From assembly GCA_964016885.1 (NCBI GenBank), contig OZ024740.1:38502001-38566000 (forward strand): a stretch of 64,000 bases of DNA, read 5' to 3'. Position numbers and translations under genes: made by a program. Origin of the DNA: Eledone cirrhosa. Lineage: Eukaryota. The notes beneath the pieces were generated by a model. The model was not told the origin of the DNA. It saw only the letters and a program-made list of their open reading frames with translations, and ran no database searches. Shown here in pieces: positions 51,301-64,000 of the stretch; positions within the stretch are counted from its first letter, which is position 1, and each line of letters begins with the position of its first letter.

Positions 51301-54300
51301 TGGGGTATACTACTGTATGGTGGTATGTGATGGTATGTGTATGGGGTATTGTACTGTATGGTGGTATTCAATGGTATGTGTATGAGGTGTAGTACTGTAT
51401 GGTGGTATGTGATGGTATGTGTTTGGGGTATAGTACTGTATGGTGGTATGTGATGGTATGTGTATGAGGTGTAGTACTGTTTGGTGGTATGTGATGGTAT
51501 GTGTATGGGGTATAGTACTGTATGGTGGTATGTGATGGTATGTGTATGAGGTGTAGTACTGTATGGTGGTATGTGATGGTATGTGTATGGAGTATAGTAC
51601 TGTATGGTGGTATGTGTATGAGGTGTAGTACTGTATGGTGGTATGTGATGGTATGTGTATGAGGTGTAGTACTGTATGGTGGTATGTGATGGTATGTGTA
51701 TGGGGTATAGTACTGTATGGTGGTATGTGATGGTATGTGTATGGGGTATAGTACTGTATGGTGGTATGTGATGGTGTGAGTATGGGGTATAGTACTGTAT
51801 GGTGGTATGTGAAGGTATGTGTATGAGGTGTAGTACTGTATGGTTTTATGTGATGGTATGTGTATGGGGTATAGTACTGTATGGTGGTATGTGATGGTAT
51901 GTGTATGAGGTGCAGTACTGTATTGTGGTATGTGATGGTATGTGTATGAGGTGTAGTACTGTTTGGTGGTATGTGATGGTATGTGTATGAGGTGTAGTAC
52001 TGTATGGTGGTATGTGTATGGTATGTGTATGAGGTGTAGTACTGTATGATGGTATTTGATGGTATGTGTATGAGGTGTAATACTGTATGGTGGTATGTGA
52101 TGGTATGTATATGAGGTGTAGTACTGTATGGTGGTATGTGATGGTATGTGTATGAGGTGTAGTACTGTATGGTGGTATGTGATTGTATGTGTATGGGGTA
52201 TAGTACTGTATGGATGTATGTGATGGTATGTGTATGGGGTATAGTACTGTATGGTGGTATGTGATGGTATGTGTATGAGGTGTAGTACTGTATGGTGGTA
52301 TGTGATGGTATGTGTATGAGGTGTAGTACTGTATGGTGGTATGTGATGGTATGTGTATGGGGTATAGTACTGTATGGTGGTATGTGATGGAATGTGTATG
52401 GGGTATAGTACTGTATGGTGGTATGTGATGGTATGTGTATGAGGTGTAGTACTGTATGATGGTATGTGATGGTATGTGTATGAGGTGTAGTACTGTATGG
52501 TCGTATGTGATGGTATGTGTATGAGGTGTAGTACTGTATGGTGGTATGTGATGGTATGTGTATGCGGTATAGTACTGTATGGTGGTATGTGATGGTATGT
52601 GTATGGGGTATAGTACTGTATGGTGGTATGTGTATGAGGTGTAGTACTGTATGGTGGTATGTGATGGTATGTGTATGAGGTGTAGTACTGTATGGTGGTA
52701 TGTGATGGTATGTGTATGCGGTATAGTACTGTATGGTGGTATGTGATGGTATGTGTATGGGGTATAGTACTGTATGGTGGTATGTGATGGTATGTGTATG
52801 AGGTGTAGTACTGTATGGTGGTATGTGATGCTATGTGTATGAGGTGTAGTACTGTATGGTGGTATGTGATGGTATGTGTAGGAGGTGTAGTACTGTATGG
52901 TGGTATGTGATGGTATGTGTATGAGGTGTAGTACTGTATGGTGGTATGTGATGGTATGTGTATGAGGTGTAGTACTGTATGGTGGTATATGATGGTATGT
53001 GTATGGGGTATAGTACTGTATGGTGGAATGTGATGGTATGTGTATGGGGTGTAATACTGTATGGTGGTATGTGATGGTATGTGTATGGGGTGTAATACTG
53101 TATGGTGGTATGTGATGGTATGTGTATGGGGTATAGTACTGTATGGTGGTATGTGATTGTATGTGTATGAGGTATAGTACTGTATGGTGGTATGTGATGG
53201 TATGTGTATGGGATATAGTACTGTACGGTGGTATGTGATGGTATGTGTATGGGGTATAGTACTGTACGGTGGTATGTGATGGTATGTGTATGGGGTATAG
53301 TACTGTATGGTGGTATGTGATGGTATGTGTATGGGGTATAGTACTGTATGGTGGTATGTGATGGTATGTGTATGAGGTGTAGTACTGTATGGTGGTATGT
53401 GATGGTATGTGTATGGGGTATAGTACTCTATGGTGGTATGTGATGGTATGTGTATGGGGTATAGTACTGTATGGTGGTATGTGTGGGTATGTGTGGGTAT
53501 GTGTATGGGGTATAGTACTGTATGGTGGTATGTGATGGTATGTGTATGGGGTATACTACTGTATGGTGGTATGTGATGGTATGTGTATGGGGTATAGTAC
53601 TGTATGGTGGTATCTGATGGTGTGAGTATGGGGTATAGTACTGTATGGTGGTATGTGAAGCTATGTGTATGAGGTGTAGTACTGTATGGTTGTATGTGAT
53701 GGTATGTGTATGGGGTATAGTACTGTATGGTGGTATGTGATGGTATGTGTATGAGGTGTAGTACTGTATGGTTGTATGTGATGGTATGTGTATGGGGTAT
53801 AGTACTGTATGGTGGTATGTGATGGTATGTGTATGAGGTGTAGTACTGTTTGGTGGTATGTGATGGTATGTGTATGGGGTATAGTACTGTATGGTGGTAT
53901 GTGATGGTATGTGTATGAGGTGTAGTACTGTATGGTTGTATGTGATGGTATGTGTATGGGGTATAGTACTGTATGGTGGTATGTGATGGTATGTGTATGA
54001 GGTGTAGTACTGTTTGGTGGTATGTGATGGTACGTGTATGAGGTGTAGTACTGTATGGTGGTATGTGATGGTATGAGTATCGGGTATAGTACTGTATGGT
54101 GGTATGTGATGGTATGAGTATGGGGCATAGTACTGTATGGTGGTATGTGATGGTATGTGTATGAGGTGTAGTACTGTATGGTGGTATGTGATGGTATGTG
54201 TATGAGGTGTAGTACTGTATGGTGGTATGTGATGGTATGTGTATGGGGTATAGTACTGTATGGTGGTATGTGATGGTATGTGTATGGGGTTTAGTACTGT

Positions 54301-57300
54301 ATGGTGGTATGTGATGGGATGTATATGAGGTGTAGTACTGTATGGTGGTATGTGATGGTATGTGTATCAGGTGTAGAACTGTATGGTGGTATGTGATGGT
54401 ATGTGTATGGGGTATAGTACTGTATGGTGGTATGTGATGGTATGTGTATGGGGTATAGTACTGTATGGTGGTATGTGATGGTATGTGTATGGGGTATAGT
54501 ACTGTATGGTGGTATGTGATGGTATGTGTATGGGGTTTAGTACTGTATGGTGGTATGTGATGGGATGTATATGAGGTGTAGTACTGTATGGTGGTATGTG
54601 ATGGTATGTGTATGAGGTGTAGAACTGTATGGTGGTATGTGATGGTATGTGTATGGGGTATAGTACTGTATGGTGGTATGTGATGGTATGTGTATGGGGT
54701 ATAGTACTGTATGGTGGTATGTGATGGTATGTGTATGGGGTATAGTACTGTATGGTGGTATGTGATGGTATGTGTATCGGGTATAGTACTGTATGGTGGT
54801 ATGTGATGGTATGTGTATGGGGTATAGTACTGTATGGTGGTATGTGATGGTATGTGTATCGGGTATAGTACTGTATGGTGGTATGTGATGGTATGTGTAT
54901 GGGGTATAGTACTGTATGGTGGTATGTGATGGTATGTGTATGGGGTATAGTACTGTATGGTGGTATGTGATGGTATGTGTATGAGGTGTAGTACTGTATG
55001 GTGGTATGTGAAGGTATGTGTATGAGGTGTAGTACTGTATGGTGGTATGTGATGGTATGTGTATGAGGTGTAGTACTGTATGGTGGATTGTGTATGGTAT
55101 GTGTATGAGGTGTAGTACTGTATGATGGTATGTGATGGTATGTGTATGAGGTGTAGTACTGTATGGTGGTATGTGATGGTATGTGTATGGGGTATTGTAC
55201 TGTATGGTGGTATGTGATGGTATGTGTATGGGGTATAGTACTGTATGGTGGTATGTGATGGTATGTGTATGAGGTGTAGTACTGTATGGTGGTATGTGAT
55301 GGTATGTGTATGAGGTGTAGTACTGTATGGTGGTATGTGATGGTATGTGTATGGGGTATAGTACTGTATGGTGGTATGTGATGGTATGTGTATGAGGTGT
55401 AGTACTGTATGGTGGTATGTGATGGTATGTGTATGGGGTATAGTACTGTATGGTGGTATGTGATGGTATGTGTATGAGTTGTAGTACTGTATAGTGGTAT
55501 GTGATGGTATGTGTAAGGGATATAGTACTGTATGGTGGTATGTGATAGTATGTGTATGGGGTATAGTACTGTATGGTGGTATGTGATGGTATGTGTATGG
55601 GGTATAGTACTGTATGGTGGTATGTGATGGTATGTGTATGAGGTGTAGTACTGTATGGTGGTATGTGATGGTATGTGTATGGGGTATAGTACTGTATGGT
55701 GGTATGTGATGGTATTTGTATGGGGTATAGTACTGTATGGTGGTATGTGATGGTATCTGTATGGGGTATAGTACTGTATGGTGGTATGTGATGGTATGTG
55801 TATGGGGTATAGTACTGTATGGCGGTATGTGTATGAGGTGTAGTACTGTATGATGGTATGTGATGGTATGTGCATGAGGTGTAGTACTGTATGGTGGTAT
55901 ATGATGGTACGTGTATGAGGTGTAGTACTGTATGGTGGTATGTGATGGTATGTGTATGGGGTATAGTACTGTATGGTGGTATGTGATGGTATGTGTATGG
56001 GGTGTAGTACTGTATGGTGGTATTTGATGGTATGTGTATGGGGTATAGTACTGTATGGTGGTATGTAATGGTATGTGTATGGGGTATAGTACTGTATGGT
56101 GGTATGCGATGGTACGTGTATGAGGTGTAGTACTGTATGGTGGTATGTGATGGTATGTGTATGGGGTATAGTACTGTATGGTGGTATGCAATGGTATGTG
56201 TATGAGGTGTAGTACTGTTTGGTGGTATGTGATGGTATGTGTATGGGGTATAGTACTGTATGGTGGTATGTGATGGTACATGTATGGGGTATAGTACTGT
56301 ATGGTGGTATGTGATGGTATGTGTATGAGGTGTAGTACTGTATGGTGGTATGTGATGGTATGTGTATGGGGTATAGTACTGTATGGTGGTATGTGATGGT
56401 ATGTGTATGGGGTATAGTACTGTATGGTGGTATGTGTGGGTATGTGTATGGGGTATAGTACTGTACGGTGGTATGTGATGGTATGTGTATGGGGTATAGT
56501 ACTGTATGGTGGTATGTGATGGTATGTGTATGGGGTATAGTACTGTATGGTGGTATGTGTGGGTATGTGTATGGGGTATAGTACTGTATGGTGGTATGTG
56601 ATGGTATGTGTATGGGGTATACTACTGTATGGTGGTATGTGATGGTATGTGTATGGGGTATAGTACTGTATGGTGGTATGTGATGGTGTGAGTATGGGGT
56701 ATAGTACTGTATGGTGGTATGTGATGGTATGTGTATGAGGTGCAGTACTGTATGGTTGTATGTGATGGTATGTGTGTGGGGTATAGTACTGTATGGTGGT
56801 ATGTGATGGTATGTGTATGAGGTGTAGTACTGTATGGTTGTATGTGATGGTATGTGTATGGGGTATAGTACTGTATGGTGGTATGTGATGGTATGTGTAT
56901 GAGGTGCAGTACTGTATTGTGGTATGTGATTGTATGTGTATGAGGTGTAGTACTGTATGGTGGTATGTGATGGTATGTGTATGAGGTGTAGAACTGAATG
57001 GTGGTATGTGATGGTATGTGTATGGGGTATAGTAGTGTATGGTGGTATGTGATGGTATGTGTATGGGGTGTAGTACTGTATGGTGGTATGTGATGGTATG
57101 TGTACGGGGTATAGTACTGTATGGTGGTATGTGATGGTATGTGTACGGGGTATAGTACTGTATGGTGGTATGTGATGGTATGTGTATGGGGTATAGTACT
57201 GTATGGTGGTATGTGATGGTATGTGTATGGGGTATAGTACTGTATGGTGATATGTGATGGTATGTGTATGAGGTGTAGTACTGTATGGTGGTATGTGAAG

Positions 57301-60300
57301 GTATGTGTATGAGGTGTAGTACTGTATGGTGGTATGTGTATGGTATGTGTATGAAGTGTAGTACTGTATGATGGTATGTGTATGAGGTGTAGCACTGTAT
57401 GGTGGTATGTCATGGTATGTGTATGGGGTATAGTACTGTATGATGGTGTGTGTATGAGGTGTAGTACTGTATGGTGGTATGTGATGGTATGTGTATGAGG
57501 TGTAGTACTGTATGGTGGTATGTGTATGGTATGTGTATGAAGTGTAGTACTGTATGATGGTATGTGTATGAGGTGTAGTACTGTATGGTGGTATGTCATG
57601 GTATGTGTATGGGGTATAGTACTGTATGGTGGAATGCGATGGTACGTGTATGAGTTGTAGTACTGTATGGTGGTATGTGAAGGTATGTGTATGGGCTGTA
57701 GTACTGTATGGTGGTATGTGATGGTATGTGTATGGGGTATAGTACTGTATGGTGGTATGTGATGGTATGTGTATGGGGTATAGTACTGTATGGTGGTATG
57801 TGATGGTATGTGTATGGGGTATAGTACTGTATGGTGGTATGTGATGGTATGTGTATGAGGTGTAGTACTGTATGGTGGTATGTGATGGTATGTGTATGGG
57901 GTATAGTACTGTATGGTGGTATGTGATGGTATGTGTATGGGGTATAGTACTGTATGGTGGTATGTGATGGTATGTGTATGAGGTGTAGTACTGTATGGTG
58001 GTATGTGATGGTATGTGTATGGGGTATAGTACTGTATGGTGGTATGTGATGGTATGTGTATGGGGTATAGTACTGTATGGTGGTATGTGATGGTATGTGT
58101 ATGAGGTGTAGTACTGTATGGTGGTATGTGATGGTATGCGTATGGGGTATAGTACTGTATGGTGGTATGTGATGGTATATGTATGGGGTATAGTACTGTA
58201 TGGTGGTATGAGATAGTATGTGTATGGGGTATAGTACTGTATGGTGGTATGTGATGGTATGTGTATGGGGTATAGTACTGTATGGTGGTATGTGATGGTA
58301 TGTGTATGAGGTGTAGTACTGTATGGTGGTATGTGATGGTATGTGTATGGGGTATATTACTGTATGGTGGTATGTGATGGTATGTGTATGGGGTATAGTA
58401 CTGTATGGTGGTATGCGATGGTACGTGTATGGGGTATAGTACTGTATGGTGGTATGCGATGGTACGTGTATGAGGTGTAGTACTGTATGGTGGTATGGGA
58501 TGGTATGTGTATGGGGTATAGTACTGTATGGTGGTATGTGATGGTATGTGTATGGGGTATAGTACTGTATGGTGGTATGCGATGGTACGTGTATGAGGTG
58601 TAGTACTGTATGGTGGTATGGGATGGTACGTGTATGGGGTATAGTACTGTATGGTGGTATATGATGGTATGTGTATGGGGTATAGTACTGTATGGTGGTA
58701 TGTGATGGTATGTGTATGAGGTGTAGTACTGTATGTTGGTATGTGATGGTATGTGTATGGGGTATAGTACTGTATGGTGGTATGTGATGGTATGTGTATG
58801 GGGTATAGTACTGTATGGTGGTATGTGATGGTATGTGTATGGGGTATAGTACTGTATGGTGGTATGTGATGGTATGTGTATGAGGTGTAGTACTGTATGG
58901 TGGTATGTGATGGTACGTGTATGGGGTATAGTACTGTATGGTGGTATGTGATGGTATGTGTATGGGGTATAGTACTGTATGGCGGTATGTGATGGTATAT
59001 GTATGGGGTATAGTACTGTATGGTGGTATGTGATGGTATGTGTATGAGGTGTAGTACTGTATGGTGGTATGTGATGGTATGTGTATGGGGTATAGTACTG
59101 TATGGTGGTATGTGATGGTATGTGTATGAGGTGTAGTACTGTATGGTGGTATGTGATGGTATGTGTATGAGGTGTAGTACTGTATGGTGGTATGTGATGG
59201 TATGTATATGGGGTATAGTACTGTATGGTGGTATGTGATGGTATGTGTATGGGGTATAGTACTGTATGGTGGTATGTGATGGTATGTGTATGAGGTGTAG
59301 TACTGTATGGTGGTATGTGATGGTATGTATATGAGGTGTAGTACTGTATGGTGGTATGTGATGGTATGTGTATGAGGTATAGTACTGTATGGTGGTATGT
59401 GATGGTATGTGTATGAGGTGTAGTACTGTTTGGTGGTATGTGATGGTATGTGTATGAGGTGTAGTACTGTATGGTGGTATGTGATGGTATGTGTATGGGG
59501 TATAGTACTGTATGGTGGTATGTGATGGTATGTGTATGAGGTGTAGTACTGTTTGGTGGTATGTGATGGTATGTATATGAGGTGTAGTACTGTATGGTGG
59601 TATGTGATGGTATGTGTATGGGGTATAGTACTGTATGGTGGTATGTGATGGTATGTGTATGAGGTGTAGTACTGTTTGGTGGTATGTGATGGTATGTGTA
59701 TGGGGTATAGTACTGTATGGTGGTATGTGATGGTATGTGTATGAGGTGTAGTACTGTATGGTGCTATGCGATGGTACGTGTATTAGGTGTAGTACTGTAT
59801 GGTGGTATGTGATGGTATGTGTATGGGGTATAGTACTGTATGGTGGTATGTGATGGTATGTGTATGAGGTGTAGTACTGTATGGAGGTATGTGATGGTAT
59901 GTGTATGAGGCGTAATACTGTATGGTGGTATGTGATGGTATGTGTATGGAGTATAGTACTGTATGGTGGTATGTGATGGTGTGTGTATGAGGTGTAGTAG
60001 TGTATGGTGGTATGTGATGGTGTGTGTATGAGGTGTAGTACTGTATGGTGGTATGTGAAGGTATGTATATGAGGTATAGTACTGTATGGTGGTATGTGAT
60101 GGTATGTGTATGAGGTGTAGTACTGTATGGTGGTATGTGATGGTATGTGTATGGGGTATAGTACTGTATGGTGGTATGTGATGGTATGTGTATGGGGTAT
60201 AGTACTGTATGGTGGTATGTGATGGTATGTGTATGAGGTGTAGTACTGTATGGTGGTATGTGATGGTATGTGTATGAGGTGTAGTACTGTATGGTGGTAT

Positions 60301-62100
60301 GTGATGGTATGTGTATGGGGTATAGTACTGTACGGTGGTATGTGATGGTATGTGTATGAGGTATAGTACTGTATGGTGGTATGTGATGGTATGTGTATGA
60401 GGTGTAGTACTGTATGGTGGTATGTGATGGTATGTATATGAGGTGTAGTACTGTATGGTGGTATGTGATGGTATGTGTATGAGGTGTAGTACTGTATGGT
60501 GGTATTTGATGGTATGTGTATGAGGTGTAGTACTGTATGGTGGTATGTGATGGTATGTGTATGGGGTATATTACTGTATGGTGGTATGTGATGGTATGTG
60601 ATGGTATGTGTATGAGGTGTAGTACTGTATGGTGGTATGTGATGGTATGTGTATGGGGTATAGTACTGTATGGCGGTATTGAATGGTATATGTATGGGGT
60701 ATGCTACTGTATGGTGGTATGTGATGGTATGTGTATGGGGCATAGTACTGTATGGTGGTATGTGATGGTGTGAGTATGGGGTATAGTACTGTATGGTGGT
60801 ATGTGAAGGTATGTGTATGAGGTGTAGTACTGTATGGTGGTATGTGATGGTATGTGTATGAGGAGTAGTACTGTATGGTGGTATGTGATGGTATGTGTAT
60901 GGGGTATAGTACTGTATGATGGTATGTGATGGTATGTGTATGGGGTGTAGTACTGTATGGTGGTATGTGATGGTATGTGTATGGGGTATAGTACTGTATG
61001 GTGGTATGTGATGGTATGTGTATGGGGTATAGTACTGTATGGTGGTATGTGATGGTATGTGTATGGGGTATAGTACTGTATGGTGGTATGTGATGGTATG
61101 TGTATGAGGTGTAGTACTGTATGGTGGTATGTGATGGTATGTGTATGGGGTATAGTACTGTATGGTGGTATGTGATGGTATGTGTATGGGGTATAGTACT
61201 GTATGGTGGTATGTGATGGTATGTGTATGAGGTGTAGTACTGTATGGTGGTATGTGATGGTATGTGTATGGGGTATAGTACTGTATGGTGGTATGTGATG
61301 GTATGTGTATGGGGTATAGTACTGTATGGTGGTATGTGATGGTATGTGTATGAGGTGTAGTACTGTATGGTGGTATGTGATGGTATGTGTATGGGGTATA
61401 GTACTGTATGGTGGTATGTGATGGTATGTGTATGGGGTATACTACTGTATGGTGGTATGTGATGGTATGTGTATGGGGTATTGTACTGTATGGTGGTATT
61501 CAATGGTATGTGTATGAGGTGTAGTACTGTATGGTGGTATGTGATGGTATGTGTTTGGGGTATAGTACTGTATGGTGGTATGTGATGGTATGTGTATGAG
61601 GTGTAGTACTGTTTGGTGGTATGTGATGGTATGTGTATGGGGTATAGTACTGTATGGTGGTATGTGATGGTATGTGTATGAGGTGTAGTACTGTATGGTG
61701 GTATGTGATGGTATGTGTATGGAGTATAGTACTGTATGGTGGTATGTGATGGTATGTGTATGGGGTATAGTACTGTATGGTGGTATGTGTTGGTATGTGT
61801 ATGGGGTATAGTACTGTATGGTGGTATGTGATGGTATGTGTATGGGGTATAGTACTGTATGGTGGTATGTGATGGTGTGAGTATGGGGTATAGTACTGTA
61901 TGGTGGTATGTGAAGGTATGTGTATGAGGTGTAGTACTGTATGGTTTTATGTGATGGTATGTGTATGGGGTATAGTACTGTATGGTGGTATGTGATGGTA
62001 TGTGTATGAGGTGCAGTACTGTATTGTGGTATGTGATGGTATGTGTATGAGGTGTAGTACTGTTTGGTGGTATGTGATGGTATGTGTATGGAGTATAGTA
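41500..62100. repeat. ~10-11-kb tandem duplication within satellite B
   Basis: Offset 11075 (43053/54128, 44800/55875, 45206/56281, 45547/56622), switching to 10009 (50528/60537, 50734/60743) and 10101 (TGGTTTTATG at 51841/61942). Boundaries are approximate. Confidence 0.9.
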
Positions 62101-64000
62101 CTGTATGGTGGTATGTGATGGTATGTGTATGGGGTTAAGTACTGTATGGTGGTATGTGATGGTATGTGTATGAGGTGTAGTACTGTATGGTGGTATGTGA
62201 TGGTATGTGTATGGAGTATAGTACTGTATGGTGGTATGTGATGGTATGTGTATGGGGTTAAGTACTGTATGGTGGTATGTGATGGTATGTGTATGAGGTG
62301 TAGTACTGTATGGTGGTATGTGATGGTATGTGTATGGAGTATAGTACTGTATGGTGGTATGTGATGGTATGTGTATGGGGTTAAGTACTGTATGGTGGTA
62401 TGTGATTGTATGTGTATGAGGTGTAGTACTGTATGGTGGTATGTGATGGTATGTGTATGAGGTGTAGAACTGAATGGTGGTATGTGATGGTATGTGTATG
62501 GGGTATAGTACTGTATGGTGGTATGTGATGGTATGTGTATGGGGTATAGTACTGTATGGTGGTATGTGATGGTATGTGTACGGGGTATAGTACTGTATGG
62601 TGGTATGTGATGGTATGTGTACGGGGTATAGTACTGTATGGTGGTATGTGATGGTATGTGTATGGGGTATAGTACTGTATGGTGGTATGTGATGGTATGT
62701 GTATGGGGTATAGTACTGTATGGTGGTATGTGATGGTATGTGTATGAGGTGTAGTACTGTATGGTGGTATGTGAAGGTATGTGTATGAGGTGTAGTACTG
62801 TATGGTGGTATGTGATGGTATGTGTATGAGGTGTAGTACTGTATGGTGGTATGTGTATGGTATGTGTATGAAGTGTAGTACTGTATGATGGTATGTGTAT
62901 GAGGTGTAGTACTGTATGGTGGTATGTCATGGTATGTGTACGGGGTATAGTACTGTATGGTGGAATGCGATGGTACGTGTATGAGTTGTAGTACTGTATG
63001 GTGGTATGTGATGGTATGTGTATGGGGTGTAGTACTGTATGGTGGTATGTGATGGTATGTGTATGGGGTATAGTACTGTATGGTGGTATGTGATGGTATG
63101 TGTATGGGGTATAGTACTGTATGGTGGTATGTGATGGTATGTGTATGAGGTGTAGTACTGTATGGTGGTATGTGATGGTATGTGTATGGGGTATAGTACT
63201 GTATGGTGGTATGTGATGGTATGTGTATGGGGTATACTACTGTATGGTGGTATGTGATGGTATGTGTATGGGGTATTGTACTGTATGGTGGTTTTCAATG
63301 GTATGTGTATGAGGTGTAGTACTGTATGGTGGTATGTGATGGTATGTGTTTGGGGTATAGTACTGTATGGTGGTATGTGATGGTATGTGTATGAGGTGTA
63401 GTACTGTTTGGTGGTATGTGATGGTATGTGTATGGGGTATAGTACTGTATGGTGGTATGTGATGGTATGTGTATAAGGTGTAGTACTGTATGGTGGTATG
63501 TGATGGTATGTGTATGGGGTATAGTACTGTATGGTGGTATGTGATGTTATGTGTATGGGGTATAGTACTGTATGGTGGTATGTGATGGTACGTGTATGGG
63601 GTATAGTACTGTATGGTGGTATGTGATGGTATGCGTATGAGGTGTAGTACTGTATGGTGGTATGTGATGGTATGTGTATGGGGTATAATACTGTATGGTG
63701 GTATGTGATGGTATGTGTATGGGGTATAGTACTGTATGGTGGCATGTGTATGGGGTATAGTACTGTATGGTGGTATGTGTATGGGGTTTAGTACTGTATG
63801 GTGGTATGCGATGGTACGTGTATGGGGTATGGTGGTATGTGATGGTATGTGTATGAGGTGTAGTACTGTATGGTGGTATGTGATGGTATGTGTATGAGGT
63901 GTAGTACTGTATGGTGGTATGTGAAGGTATGTATATGAGGTATAGTACTGTATGTTGGTATGTGATGGTATGTGTATGAGGTGTAGTACTGTATGGTGGT

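Larger units (their letters stand above)
22351..64000. repeat. Satellite B: 41-bp tandem array (~1000 units), open at the window end
   Basis: Unit GTATAGTACTGTATGGTGGTATGTGATGGTATGTGTATGGG, with a major variant GAGGTGTAG in place of GGGGTATAG. The 41-aa periodicity of the ORF-track peptides (3 units = 123 nt) confirms the period. Confidence 0.99.

Noticed and set aside
50528-60773. Two identical 78-aa plus-strand ORFs (50528-50764, 60537-60773)
   Set aside because: They are chance loss of stop codons in variant satellite units, copied by the 10009-bp duplication.
22283-63745. Long His/Thr/Tyr/Pro-rich ORFs as real genes (e.g. structural or metal-binding proteins)
   Set aside because: The 41-bp period is not a multiple of 3, all three frames are open and give the same peptide, and starts and stops come from sporadic unit variants. 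There is no signal peptide or unique domain.
22351-64000. Telomeric repeat array
   Set aside because: The strand is G/T-rich like a telomere, but there is no TTAGGG-type short repeat. The unit is 41 bp and grades from a local 32-bp array.

Overview
AT-rich eukaryotic genomic DNA, probably from an octopod cephalopod. That assignment rests on my recollection of Octopus SINE, MITE and RTE families, not on a database check. About 89% of the window is satellite. Satellite A (1-~15050) has a 22-bp monomer that occurs as a 44-bp dimer or as monomer variants. A 32-bp array (~21810-22350) grades into satellite B, a 41-bp G/T-rich unit running from ~22350 to 64000, with multi-kb internal duplications. 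Between them is a ~6.8-kb island containing one probable minus-strand coding exon (18098-18222), four copies of a tRNA-derived SINE, five MITEs (Tc1/mariner, Tc2-like and piggyBac-type), decayed Penelope-like and RTE-LINE reverse-transcriptase fragments, a 70-bp minisatellite and a perfect 36-bp-stem hairpin. The long His/Thr/Tyr/Pro ORFs in the track are artefacts of a stop-free satellite strand. I see no convincing new multi-gene system. The best leads are the apparent birth of satellite B from an RTE LINE ORF, the perfect hairpin, and a lone exon set between giant satellite-filled introns and flanked by inverted repeats.
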